Origin: an uncultured Myxococcales bacterium
GTDB taxonomy: Bacteria > Myxococcota_A > Polyangia > JAAYKL01
Direction of reading: 5' to 3'
DNA length: 64,000 nucleotides
NCBI GenBank assembly: GCA_964458775.1
Contig: CAYWLQ010000004.1
Coordinates: 15,526-79,525 of the forward strand
Positions 18,377 through 27,130 of the stretch are shown here, one piece after another. The position numbers and the translations under genes are program-made. Within the stretch, counting starts at the first letter, position 1. Each line of letters starts with the position of its first letter. The notes beneath the pieces were generated by a model. It saw only the letters and a list, made by a program, of their open reading frames with translations. It searched no databases and had not been told where the DNA came from.

Positions 18377-19513
18377 ATGCTCATGTCCAGCTCATTAGAT
18401 GCAGGACTGCTTGGTCGTTTGGTCGAAGACGCCGAAGCAGTGTGGCCGGATAATTTTGAAGATATTGAGACAATGTTTAACCGTTGTTGTTTTGCCATTT
18501 CATGGGATGCGGTAAAAAAACTCGGCCTATTCTCGCAAAAAGGCGATGTTGAAACATTGTCTTCGATCAGAGAAAAGATAGCTCTTTTTAAAGATGCGGA
18601 ATATGTCCTAAAACACGTTTTACGTATTTTATGTGATGAGCAGGTTTTGGCCGAAAAAGATGACGGCTATATTTGTATTGACAATGAACCCTATATCGAA
18701 ACTCCGGCTGAGTCTCTAGTTGCAGCTACCAGAGCTTTTCCCGAAGAAGGTGCTCCATTTCAATGGTTAGCCAGATCCGGTGACGGTCTTGTTCCTTTTA
18801 TTCAAGGAAAATTATTTGCCGAAGAAGTAATGTTTCCCGGCGGAAGTTTTAAATTGGTGGAAGAAGTATACAATACTTCCAATGTCTATAGTTTTTATTC
18901 AAAATTGGCCGGTAGAGCTGTAAAGCGTTTTGTGGAAGAGCACTTTTCAAAGCCTATTACTATGTTTGAAATTGGGGCGGGAACCGGAAACGGAACTGCC
19001 AATGTTTTAACTCAAACAAGTGATAAATTCGAAAAATATATTTTTACAGATGTAGGTAAAGCACTTGTTCAAATGGGGCAAAGGCGGTTTAAGAAGTCAG
19101 GATATGACTTTTTAGAGTACCGCACGTTTGATGCCTGTAAAAGCCTTGCTGAGCAGGATTTTTCTGAATCCTCAGTTGACCTAGCCTTAGCGGTTAACGT
19201 TATGCATGCGACCGACGATATTCTTGTCGGTCTTGAGAATACCAAAAAGCTTCTGAAAAACAACGGTGTGTTAATTCTATCTGAGATAGCCCCTCCCCAA
19301 GGAGGCATTTATCGGTATATGGAGTTAACTTTCGGTCTGCTTCCCAGCTACGGAGTTTACACGGATAGAATACTTCGTCCTACAGCTCCAATTATAAGAC
19401 CGGCAGAATGGGTAAGCGCTTTTAAGAAGGTCGGTTTTAGAGAAGTCGAAATTGTTCCGGGTGATCGCTCTTCGTCAATGGATAGGGGCGGAATCGTTAT
19501 CGGAATAAAATAG
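18377..19513 (+). CDS. SAM-dependent methyltransferase (class I; PKS-type MT-like) with N-terminal extra domain
   Basis: Motif I 'FEIGAGTGNGT'. The ATG at 18377 lies just after the KAS stop with an AAGGAA RBS. The track ORF start at 18344 overlaps the KAS gene. Confidence 0.6.
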   Translation: MLMSSSLDAGLLGRLVEDAEAVWPDNFEDIETMFNRCCFAISWDAVKKLGLFSQKGDVETLSSIREKIALFKDAEYVLKHVLRILCDEQVLAEKDDGYICIDNEPYIETPAESLVAATRAFPEEGAPFQWLARSGDGLVPFIQGKLFAEEVMFPGGSFKLVEEVYNTSNVYSFYSKLAGRAVKRFVEEHFSKPITMFEIGAGTGNGTANVLTQTSDKFEKYIFTDVGKALVQMGQRRFKKSGYDFLEYRTFDACKSLAEQDFSESSVDLALAVNVMHATDDILVGLENTKKLLKNNGVLILSEIAPPQGGIYRYMELTFGLLPSYGVYTDRILRPTAPIIRPAEWVSAFKKVGFREVEIVPGDRSSSMDRGGIVIGIK

Positions 19514-19530
19514 AAGTGAGGTTGATTGAT

Positions 19531-20292
19531 ATGCTGCTCGAAGGAAAAAATGTCTTTTTCACTGGCGGTTCAAGAGGTATCGGACATGATGCGGTTCTAG
19601 AGCTTGCCAAACACGGTGCCAATATTGCTTTTACCTATGTAAATAATGAAGCTTCTGCTGCTAAAACAGCCGAAGAGATAAAGGCAATAAATCCTAATGC
19701 AAAGGTTATGTTTTATCAGTTAAACGTGAAAGACTCTAAGCAAGTTGAGAAAGTTGCAGACAAAGCAATAGAGGACATGGGGTCTATTAATGTGGTTGTT
19801 AACAACGCAGGAAATCTTAACGATAATCTGGTTGTAAACATGTCTGATGAGCAGTGGTTTGATGTCATCAATACTCATCTGTCAGGAACTTTTTTTGTTT
19901 GCCGTTCATTCATAAATGAATTCTTATATAATAAGGGCGGTAAATTTATTAACACTTCTTCTATTACATATACAGGTTCAGCCGGACAGGCAAACTACTC
20001 TGCTGCCAAAGCAGGTATTATCGGTTTTTCTCGCGCTTTGGCTAAAGAGTGGGGCAAGAAAAACATTTATACAAATATAATAGTGCCGGGCTACTACGAC
20101 ACCGAACTGACCCGCGCCAATGCCACAGAGATAGTTGTGGACAATTTTGTTCGTATGTCATCTCTTAAACGTGCAGGTCAGGGATATGAGTACGGTCGCG
20201 CTATTGTGTTCTTCGCCTCAGATCTCTCCTCTTTTGTTAACGGTCATGTTCTTGAGGTGACAGGCGGTCTCGAAACCATTCCGCCCATCTGA
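19531..20292 (+). CDS. Short-chain dehydrogenase, 3-oxoacyl-ACP reductase (FabG-like)
   Basis: 'VFFTGGSRGIG', 'NNAG', 'YSAAKAG' (YxxxK). The ATG at 19531 follows an AGTGAGG RBS. Confidence 0.7.
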   Translation: MLLEGKNVFFTGGSRGIGHDAVLELAKHGANIAFTYVNNEASAAKTAEEIKAINPNAKVMFYQLNVKDSKQVEKVADKAIEDMGSINVVVNNAGNLNDNLVVNMSDEQWFDVINTHLSGTFFVCRSFINEFLYNKGGKFINTSSITYTGSAGQANYSAAKAGIIGFSRALAKEWGKKNIYTNIIVPGYYDTELTRANATEIVVDNFVRMSSLKRAGQGYEYGRAIVFFASDLSSFVNGHVLEVTGGLETIPPI

Positions 20293-20329
20293 TAATGACA
20301 AATTAGACCGTATAAGGAGAAAACAGCAA

Positions 20330-21559
20330 ATGGGAATCGGAATCGAAAAGATTAATGTCTATGCAGGTAGTTTGGTGTTGGATATTGAAAAACTGGCTAT
20401 AGCCAGAAACCGGGATGTAGAATACTTTAAAAATGAGCTTCTAATCGATAAAAAGTCTCAGCTAGTTGACTATGAAGATGTCATTACCATGGCGGTTAAC
20501 GCAGCCAAGCCGATTATTTCAGAGCAAGATAAAGAAGACATCGAACTTTGTATTTTTGCAACTGAGTCAGGTTTGGATTTTTGCAAAACCAACTCCAGCT
20601 ATGTGTGTCATTATTTGGGACTAAAAAACCAGGTTAGAAATTTTGAAATTAAAAATGCCTGCTATGCAGCAACCTGCGCTATACAGATGGCTGTTAGTTG
20701 GGTGGCATCGGGAGTAGCTCCAGGCAAAAAAGCGTTGATTGTTTCAAGCGATATTAACTACGACCACGAAGGAAGATCCGGTGAGGAAGTTCCTGCTGTA
20801 GGTGCTGTAGCTATGATTATTAGTGCGACACCCAAAGTTATTGAATACGAATTGGGAAAAACCGGTTACTTTACCTTTGAATGTACAGACTATGCACGTC
20901 CGACATCAACGTGGGATATTATAAATCCCCAAGAATCATTGTATGCATATCTCGATTGTTTTGAAGGTGCCTGGGCTCATTATAAGACAAAATTTGAAAA
21001 AGATTTTGATCTTAACGAACACTTCAAAAGAATTATTTACCACACGCCTTTCGGCGGTTTGGTAAAGATGGCTCATACTCGTATGTTGAAAGATATGTAT
21101 GAGGGTATCAAGAAAAAGGAAATAGCCGCTCACTTTGAAGAAAAAGTTGGAAAATCACTAAAAATACCAAGAGCTGTCGGTAACACATACTCCAGCACTG
21201 TTTATACCTGTCTTATGGGTCTTTTATTAGAAGATGATCAAGTCAATCCAGGTGATCGGATAGGAATATACTCATACGGCTCCGGTTCTTGTGCTGAGTT
21301 TTACAGCGCAATAGTTCTTCCTGGAGCTAGAGAATATATTAAATCTCTTGGAATAGATGAGCATTTAAACGCACGTTATGAACTCTCCATAGAAGAGTTT
21401 GATTCGCTGTGCAGAATGCGCTCTTCCCACGCAGAAAAACCGACCTTTGATACTAACTTGGAATACCCAAAGGGATGGTATGATAAATACTATAAAGGAA
21501 AAGGCTTCCTTACTCTTAAAGGTGTAAAAGACTGGATCCGTAAGTACGAATGGAGTTAA
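20330..21559 (+). CDS. HMG-CoA synthase family protein (PksG/HCS-like, ACP-dependent)
   Basis: N-terminal 'MGIGIEKINVYAGSLVLDIEKLAIARNRD'. Catalytic Cys in 'NACYAATCAIQMA'. There is a GGAGAA RBS. It sits with the ACP, KAS and ECH genes as an HMGS cassette. Confidence 0.8.
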   Translation: MGIGIEKINVYAGSLVLDIEKLAIARNRDVEYFKNELLIDKKSQLVDYEDVITMAVNAAKPIISEQDKEDIELCIFATESGLDFCKTNSSYVCHYLGLKNQVRNFEIKNACYAATCAIQMAVSWVASGVAPGKKALIVSSDINYDHEGRSGEEVPAVGAVAMIISATPKVIEYELGKTGYFTFECTDYARPTSTWDIINPQESLYAYLDCFEGAWAHYKTKFEKDFDLNEHFKRIIYHTPFGGLVKMAHTRMLKDMYEGIKKKEIAAHFEEKVGKSLKIPRAVGNTYSSTVYTCLMGLLLEDDQVNPGDRIGIYSYGSGSCAEFYSAIVLPGAREYIKSLGIDEHLNARYELSIEEFDSLCRMRSSHAEKPTFDTNLEYPKGWYDKYYKGKGFLTLKGVKDWIRKYEWS

Positions 21560-21569
21560 TCCCTCCTAT

Positions 21570-22049
21570 TCAATAGGGAGTTTTTCCTTCCATCTTATTC
21601 CAAAGCAACAAAGGCTTTTCCCCTTCTTCACTTTTAATATAAATCATAGGAATTTTACGTAGAGCAATATCTACGGAAACTTCTTTGTATAGGTCTGCAT
21701 CATCGAATCCTACAGCGGCAGCTTCGAATCTTGTAGACGCAAAATAAATCTTTTCAATTCGCGCCCAGTAGATTGCAGCCAAGCACATAGGACAAGGTTC
21801 GCATGTTGTATAGATTTCACAATTGCTAAGTCGAAAATCTCCCAGGTTTTGACATGCCTGTCTGATAGCGCATATTTCTGCATGAGCGGTAGGGTCATTA
21901 TCTCTCACAACTCTATTAGAGCCGACTCCGATAACTTTTCCATCTTTTACTACTACAGCCCCAAAAGGTCCTCCCTTACCGTCAGCCATGTTTTTGATAG
22001 CTTCTTCTGCAGCCAATTTCATCATTTCTTGTATAAAGAGTGATGTCAT
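21570..22049 (-). CDS. Nucleoside/nucleotide deaminase (CMP/dCMP-type zinc deaminase; TadA/guanine deaminase-like)
   Basis: Zinc motifs 'HAEICAI' and 'CEPCPMC'. The ATG at 22049 forms an ATGA overlap with the stop of the upstream lipoprotein gene. The track start at 22067 is a TTG. Confidence 0.7.
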   Translation of the reverse strand: MTSLFIQEMMKLAAEEAIKNMADGKGGPFGAVVVKDGKVIGVGSNRVVRDNDPTAHAEICAIRQACQNLGDFRLSNCEIYTTCEPCPMCLAAIYWARIEKIYFASTRFEAAAVGFDDADLYKEVSVDIALRKIPMIYIKSEEGEKPLLLWNKMEGKTPY

Positions 22050-23095
22050 ATTCCGATACCTATCCAAGTAAACCGCGGAATAGGCGGTGTTACTATTTTC
22101 CGGTTTTTAACTAAAGCCTGTCCGCAAGAATGCATAATTCCGTCCTCAACCATTTGTAACTCGCCGGCACCGCTATCATTCACGCAATCACCGAGTTCAT
22201 CCACATATATAAAACTTGGTTGGTCTAACAAATTCTCATCTCCCCAATAAGAGTCATAACCGCCCAATAAATAAATCGTTGCTGTGGTATTGTCCTCAAA
22301 GTCTTCCGGCGCATCTATTGTCAAAGAGACTCCCCCTCCTTTTAGTCGAGCCCATCTAGGGCTAATAAAATACAAAGCACTAAGCTTTTTGTCTACAAAC
22401 GGCGGTGTCCATATTTCCAAAGGAGCCTTGAATACACGAATTTCTTGTTCATGTTCAGGTGCAACCTCGCTACTTCCGTCAAATTTTACCAACACTCCCG
22501 GCTCTAATACTGTAGTTAAGCCCAGAGTTGAGATAACAGCGCCCTCAGACGGTTGATAAACAGTTGAATCAGATGGAAGCGCAAACAAAAAAAGCTCTCC
22601 AATATCCAAATCAAAATCGCTCTCGCCCTTGTCGCTGATAGTTTCTTTGGATGGAACACTGACAAAAGCATATTCAGCAAAAGCATTTGTATCGCTTAAA
22701 ACACGAAGGTCAATATGCAACGGCTTCTTGTTAAAATCATAGGGGACACAATCTATATCTTCGTCCATCGGATGATTCCAAACAAAGGTTCCGTCAAGAG
22801 AGGAGAAAACAGGGGCAAAACAACTTCCAATACAAACTATGACAGCAGCAGAGGTTGGTTCTGCATCCATAATTCTAATTTGTCCTGAAATAGAGGCAAG
22901 ACACGCCCCTCTATCCATATCAGAAGAACTAGATGTGTCGGAATCGTACATAACACTTACAGAATCGCTGTTGTCGTCAACAGGCGGCTTGTTGCAAAAC
23001 CCCGACAAAAGGCAAAGAATAACTATAACAATTGGAAGTTTTATAAACCTATAGCAGAGAATGGACAGAGTGGACATAGTAGACATAATGGACAT
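22046..23095 (-). CDS. Hypothetical secreted protein or lipoprotein
   Basis: Signal-like 'MSTLSILCYRFIKLPIVIVILCLLSGFC'. Candidate ATGs at 23095, 23086 and 23077 lie inside a palindromic repeat. The rest has no recognisable domain. Confidence 0.4.
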   Translation of the reverse strand: MSIMSTMSTLSILCYRFIKLPIVIVILCLLSGFCNKPPVDDNSDSVSVMYDSDTSSSSDMDRGACLASISGQIRIMDAEPTSAAVIVCIGSCFAPVFSSLDGTFVWNHPMDEDIDCVPYDFNKKPLHIDLRVLSDTNAFAEYAFVSVPSKETISDKGESDFDLDIGELFLFALPSDSTVYQPSEGAVISTLGLTTVLEPGVLVKFDGSSEVAPEHEQEIRVFKAPLEIWTPPFVDKKLSALYFISPRWARLKGGGVSLTIDAPEDFEDNTTATIYLLGGYDSYWGDENLLDQPSFIYVDELGDCVNDSGAGELQMVEDGIMHSCGQALVKNRKIVTPPIPRFTWIGIGI

Positions 23096-23170
23096 AGTGG
23101 ACTCCCGGAAGCGGATTAAGCAAGAGCGGTCCACAATGTCTACTCTGTCTACTGTGTCCACTGTGTCCAT
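23061..23170. repeat. Imperfect 42-bp inverted repeat (arms 23061-23102 and 23129-23170, 26-bp spacer) built from helically phased RTGGACA / TGTCCAY hexamers
   Basis: The left arm is atggacagagtggacatagtagacataatggacatagtggac. The right arm is gtccacaatgtctactctgtctactgtgtccactgtgtccat (about 35/42 complementary). Each arm has about 5 hexamer copies at 9-11 bp spacing. Confidence 0.7.
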
Positions 23171-23202
23171 TAAAACAGCGCTTTCTCTCCTTCTCCCGTC
23201 CA

Positions 23203-25617
23203 TCAATGCCTCACTCCCCTGGGCTCCCATTGCAAACCCGCAGCATAGCCGATTGAAAAGCCGTATTGATAGTCTGAAGAATTGCTTTGATAGACTATAA
23301 GTGGATCTATCATCTCTTTGTTTAAAGCATAGGTTGTAATAGCAATGTTCATAGTCGGACCGCAATAAAAAGAGAGTTGTTCTATTATTCGAATTCCCAA
23401 AACAGGTCTAAGTTTTAGTATGTAGCCTGTTGACTCAGAATCCCAATTATAATTTTGGAAAATTCGATTTGCAGTTAAATCCAGTTCTACCCATAAACGA
23501 GTAAAATTAATATGACCTCCAAGACCGCCTATGAGTGAATAGCGATCAAGCTCTCCAAAACCATGATATCCCGCACCTAATATACCGAACAAATATGGAC
23601 CGCCTATTTTCAAACCCGCATTTATTAACGAGGTATCGCTTGACCAAACAGTGGGAGCCAAAATTCCGTTGCCGGCATAGTTGATAAGACCAACCGCAGC
23701 ACCGTCCAGTCTTTTTGATGCTATATTTATAAGTCCTATCTGGGCCCCTTTTACTTCTTTGGCATAATTAATAAGTCCTATCTGAGTGCCGTTTATATGT
23801 TCTTTAACAATATTTACCACTGATGACATTTGAAGGCCGTTTAACGACCATGCATAGTTTGATACAAAAGACCCTTGATATCCATTGGAAATGTCTCCAG
23901 CACTAATATTGATAACTCCCGAACCCTGAAAACCGGCCATAGAGCTCTTATTGAAATTGAAAACAAAAGCCCCTTGAAAACCATAAGAACGTGCACCGTT
24001 TATATTACCGACTCCGGCAGCCTGAAAACCGCCTGCAGAAGCCTTATTCATATTGACGAAACCGGCCAGCTCAGCTCCGAGAAAGGGCCCCATTACGATA
24101 TTTGAACCGCCGGCCAAAGATACCCCCTTAAATGCTCCTCCTGAATAATTGCCAAAGCCGGCATATTTAAATCCCGTGCTTTCTTTTAGTATAAAATTTG
24201 CAAAACCTGCAAATTGTGCGCCCCTAAGGTTTTCCAGTGCAACATTCACTCCAAATGAAGCCTGCAGACCCCACACATTAAATCTTCTTATATTACCGAC
24301 AAGTCCGGCTTCTACACCGAAAAGTTCATGGCCGTATCCTATTATATTTAAGGATAGATTATTCATTTCTTTTTCTCGACGGCCGAAATTAAAAGGAATA
24401 TTTACCCCGGGAACCAATCCTAGTCGAAAGGCTGTATTTTTTTCACCGTTATACCATACCAATGGTCTTTCTTGAGATTTTTCAGAAGCTTTTCCAGCGG
24501 CAGGCAAAGTAAAATTATCAATTGGAGATGTTCCTCTCAAAATTGTATTCTCTGCTGACATACGCTTAAGCTCAGATCTAGTTACAATAGTGGTCCTACC
24601 CTTGTTCAGAGATACAGTTCCTTTGAGAGGAGCCTTACCCATGTCCATACTTATCTCGTACACACCAGGGTCCAGTCCTAAACTTATAGGACTGCCGCCA
24701 GGAGTATTGATTTCTGCAGTGAGTTGTCCTTTACGGTTTCTTATAAATACTCGACCTTCGATATCATCTCCAATTACCAACATGGCAGACGTGCCTCGAA
24801 GATCCGTGAGCACAAGATCTCCTGATCCTTTTAGACTAAAGTCATATCCCGCATGCTGCGGTCCTGCCTGGGTTAATTCTGTTCGAGCTAATGTTTCCGC
24901 GAAAGCATATTGATAAGCCTCATTTAGGGTTACCTTATTGTCTCGATTATGATCAGCAGCACCGCGCAGACCTGATACCAGATAATAGGTAAAAAAAGAT
25001 GCTGCAATCCGATCTGATTCTTGAGCAGCCTCGTTCTCTGAAGCAGATGTTAGGTAAGCATACCCCTCAACATCTACTGAGGTATCTAATAAGAAAGGAG
25101 TACGCTTGGTTCCGCCTTTGTTGCGAACAAGCGCACCTGATGAACAAGAATCTAGGATGGCAATTCGAACATCTGCCGGAAGACTTGATAGAGCATTTCT
25201 TATTTCTCGATAAGTTATAAGATCACCGCCAAGCATTAGACCATATTCATCAGAGTGACCCGAATAATAGAATACCAATTCCACACGCGTTGAAGCGACT
25301 TTTTTTTCTCGCTCTAAAAAAGCGCGCATTCTAGAAAGCCCTGCTTCAAATTCGAATCTGTCAGGCTCTAGAAGTATTACCATATCGGCTAATTGAACTC
25401 CTCCCAACTGCGTAAGCACTCCTGCCACCGATTTGGCATCCGAATGTGCAAATTTAAGAACGGTACGGTTGGGACCTCCGTCATTGGAGCCTGCAACAAA
25501 AGCAAATCGTTTTATTACTTCACGCGATTCAGAAGCATACAAGCCTACCGACAGAAAACAGACCGCCAAAAAAACTATTAATGATAGTCTTGTATTAAAA
25601 AGACATTTGTTTTTCAT
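23203..25617 (-). CDS. Secreted caspase-like peptidase (C14 family His-Cys dyad) with about 20-aa Gly/Asn-rich repeat region and C-terminal beta-rich domain
   Basis: Signal peptide 'MKNKCLFNTRLSLIVFLAVCFLSVGLYA'. C14 motifs 'LVFYYSGHSDEYG' (His) and 'RIAILDSCSSGALV' (Cys). Mid-protein degenerate repeats such as 'GAQIGLINIASKRLDGAAVGLINYAGNG'. Confidence 0.7.
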   Translation of the reverse strand: MKNKCLFNTRLSLIVFLAVCFLSVGLYASESREVIKRFAFVAGSNDGGPNRTVLKFAHSDAKSVAGVLTQLGGVQLADMVILLEPDRFEFEAGLSRMRAFLEREKKVASTRVELVFYYSGHSDEYGLMLGGDLITYREIRNALSSLPADVRIAILDSCSSGALVRNKGGTKRTPFLLDTSVDVEGYAYLTSASENEAAQESDRIAASFFTYYLVSGLRGAADHNRDNKVTLNEAYQYAFAETLARTELTQAGPQHAGYDFSLKGSGDLVLTDLRGTSAMLVIGDDIEGRVFIRNRKGQLTAEINTPGGSPISLGLDPGVYEISMDMGKAPLKGTVSLNKGRTTIVTRSELKRMSAENTILRGTSPIDNFTLPAAGKASEKSQERPLVWYNGEKNTAFRLGLVPGVNIPFNFGRREKEMNNLSLNIIGYGHELFGVEAGLVGNIRRFNVWGLQASFGVNVALENLRGAQFAGFANFILKESTGFKYAGFGNYSGGAFKGVSLAGGSNIVMGPFLGAELAGFVNMNKASAGGFQAAGVGNINGARSYGFQGAFVFNFNKSSMAGFQGSGVINISAGDISNGYQGSFVSNYAWSLNGLQMSSVVNIVKEHINGTQIGLINYAKEVKGAQIGLINIASKRLDGAAVGLINYAGNGILAPTVWSSDTSLINAGLKIGGPYLFGILGAGYHGFGELDRYSLIGGLGGHINFTRLWVELDLTANRIFQNYNWDSESTGYILKLRPVLGIRIIEQLSFYCGPTMNIAITTYALNKEMIDPLIVYQSNSSDYQYGFSIGYAAGLQWEPRGVRH

Positions 25618-25618
25618 G

Positions 25619-26422
25619 TCATTTCCGAACCTTCTTTAAAAGGAAATCGCATTGAGATAACGATGAGTCAAGAGGAAGACTTTTATCTATGCCTAGTTTG
25701 CTTCGTTTGGCCTTTTCAACTATTTCGGATGGTTCTATTGAGTTATTTGAGGTTACAAAAAAGAACCTTTCAAAATGAGGTGCATCGTCCAATTCGTAAG
25801 AAAAATCTAGTGTATGAATTCCCTTACCGTCAATCTTTGCAGAACGACTATCCGAACCCGGATAATGCAAGGTTGTAATTCCGTTTCCGTCAATCGAGAA
25901 GATGACACCATATTGTGCACCCTTAGCTGCAAATTTAAGTTGAATTACATCACCTGCTGTTGCTGATTGTCCTGACAACAGTCTTTCCTCTCCGACCTTG
26001 CCTTTTCGATAGACATAGAGTGTCGGCTCTGTAGGTCCCTTAATTCTGGTTTCTTCAGACAAGTTCCAAGCATTTGACTGTGTATTGTTTGCGAAGCGGT
26101 TATCGATCTTTTCATTTTTCGATATAAAAACCACTGTAAGAAAGACGGAAACCGTCGCAACCGCTGACACTGCAACTGCAAAGCTTATTATTCTTTTAGG
26201 ACTGGACTCAACCGATCTATTGGCGTCGGCAATTCTTGCGGCAATTTGATTAGGCGGATATTGAGCCAAAATCTCCTTGTCGGATTCAATGATCGCACAT
26301 ATCTCTTTGTTTAACGAGGGGTTCTCATCGCGCTGCCTTTCGATTTCGGCCATTCGATCGGCACTCAACTCGCGCAACACAAATCTTTCCATTTCAATTT
26401 GGGAAATCTTTGTTTTTTCCAT
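25619..26422 (-). CDS. Anti-sigma factor (single TM, periplasmic C-terminal domain)
   Basis: Its ATG is 1 nt after the ECF sigma stop. N-terminal 'MEKTKISQIEMERFVLRELSADRMAEIERQ', then a TM segment 'AVAVSAVATVSVFLTVVFI'. Confidence 0.55.
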   Translation of the reverse strand: MEKTKISQIEMERFVLRELSADRMAEIERQRDENPSLNKEICAIIESDKEILAQYPPNQIAARIADANRSVESSPKRIISFAVAVSAVATVSVFLTVVFISKNEKIDNRFANNTQSNAWNLSEETRIKGPTEPTLYVYRKGKVGEERLLSGQSATAGDVIQLKFAAKGAQYGVIFSIDGNGITTLHYPGSDSRSAKIDGKGIHTLDFSYELDDAPHFERFFFVTSNNSIEPSEIVEKAKRSKLGIDKSLPLDSSLSQCDFLLKKVRK

Positions 26423-26922
26423 TATAATGTCTCTCCTGCAAGCTCCCCAAGTTTTGAACGAAGAGGTCTGAGTCTCTTTCTTACACCGGATATGCTCATG
26501 CCTACTTCGGATGCAACTTCTTCTAAAGTCATACCGTCCACTAAATGCAATACGGCAATCGTTCCAGTTGACACTTTTTCATCCCCAAAAAGATGACCTA
26601 TAATATTCCTCGCAGAAATCTTCGATTCAACTTCTTGTGTTTCAGCAATTTTTAAAAGCAGTTCATCGCCAAGATGTTCAGGCCTTCTTTTTAATGACCG
26701 AATCTTGTTGAGACATATATTGGTGGCCATTCTATAAAGAAGCCCGGATGGTGCTTCTTCTGTAAGATTTTTTTTGTGCTTGATCAACTGCACAAATGTA
26801 TCCTGCATCGCCTCAACAGAGGTTTCTTCGTCGCAAAGAAGCTTACGACAACGCCGAAGAACCATAGGTCCGTATCTTCTGTACCAATCTTCAACATCAA
26901 CAGCCACTAAAATGCCTCCCAA
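26422..26922 (-). CDS. RNA polymerase ECF-type sigma-70 factor
   Basis: Sigma-70 region 2 'MQDTFVQLIKH...YRMATNICLNKIR'. Region 4 'GMTLEEVASEVGMSISGVRKRL'. 166 aa. Confidence 0.8.
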   Translation of the reverse strand: MGGILVAVDVEDWYRRYGPMVLRRCRKLLCDEETSVEAMQDTFVQLIKHKKNLTEEAPSGLLYRMATNICLNKIRSLKRRPEHLGDELLLKIAETQEVESKISARNIIGHLFGDEKVSTGTIAVLHLVDGMTLEEVASEVGMSISGVRKRLRPLRSKLGELAGETL

Positions 26923-26941
26923 CTCCTACTACAAAAACACC

Positions 26942-26975
26942 AAACCGAGGCAAAAGTGTTACCGCAGTTCGGTTT
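26942..26975 (-). terminator. Hairpin (AAACCGA / TCGGTTT, 20-nt loop) followed on the minus strand by GTGTTTTTG, a candidate ilvC terminator or attenuator
   Basis: Seen directly in the sequence. It lies only about 20 bp upstream of the ECF sigma start, so its role is ambiguous. Confidence 0.25.
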
Positions 26976-27130
26976 AGATCAAGGAAAAATCATAACCGCA
27001 GATAGTAAAAAGACAATTAATATTGGTGTAGTGTCGCAAATGCTTACCGGCATTGAGTCTTCCAATGATATTAACCCATAGACTACAGTCTGATCTGTTC
27101 AAAAGATGACTTATGAGATGGAAGCGAGTG

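Noticed and set aside
23061-23170. Possibility that the hexamer repeat array is a CRISPR-like or mobile-element terminal repeat
   Set aside because: The repeat units are only 6-7 bp with 3-4 bp spacers, with no unique spacers of CRISPR size. No cas genes, transposase or target-site duplications are nearby.
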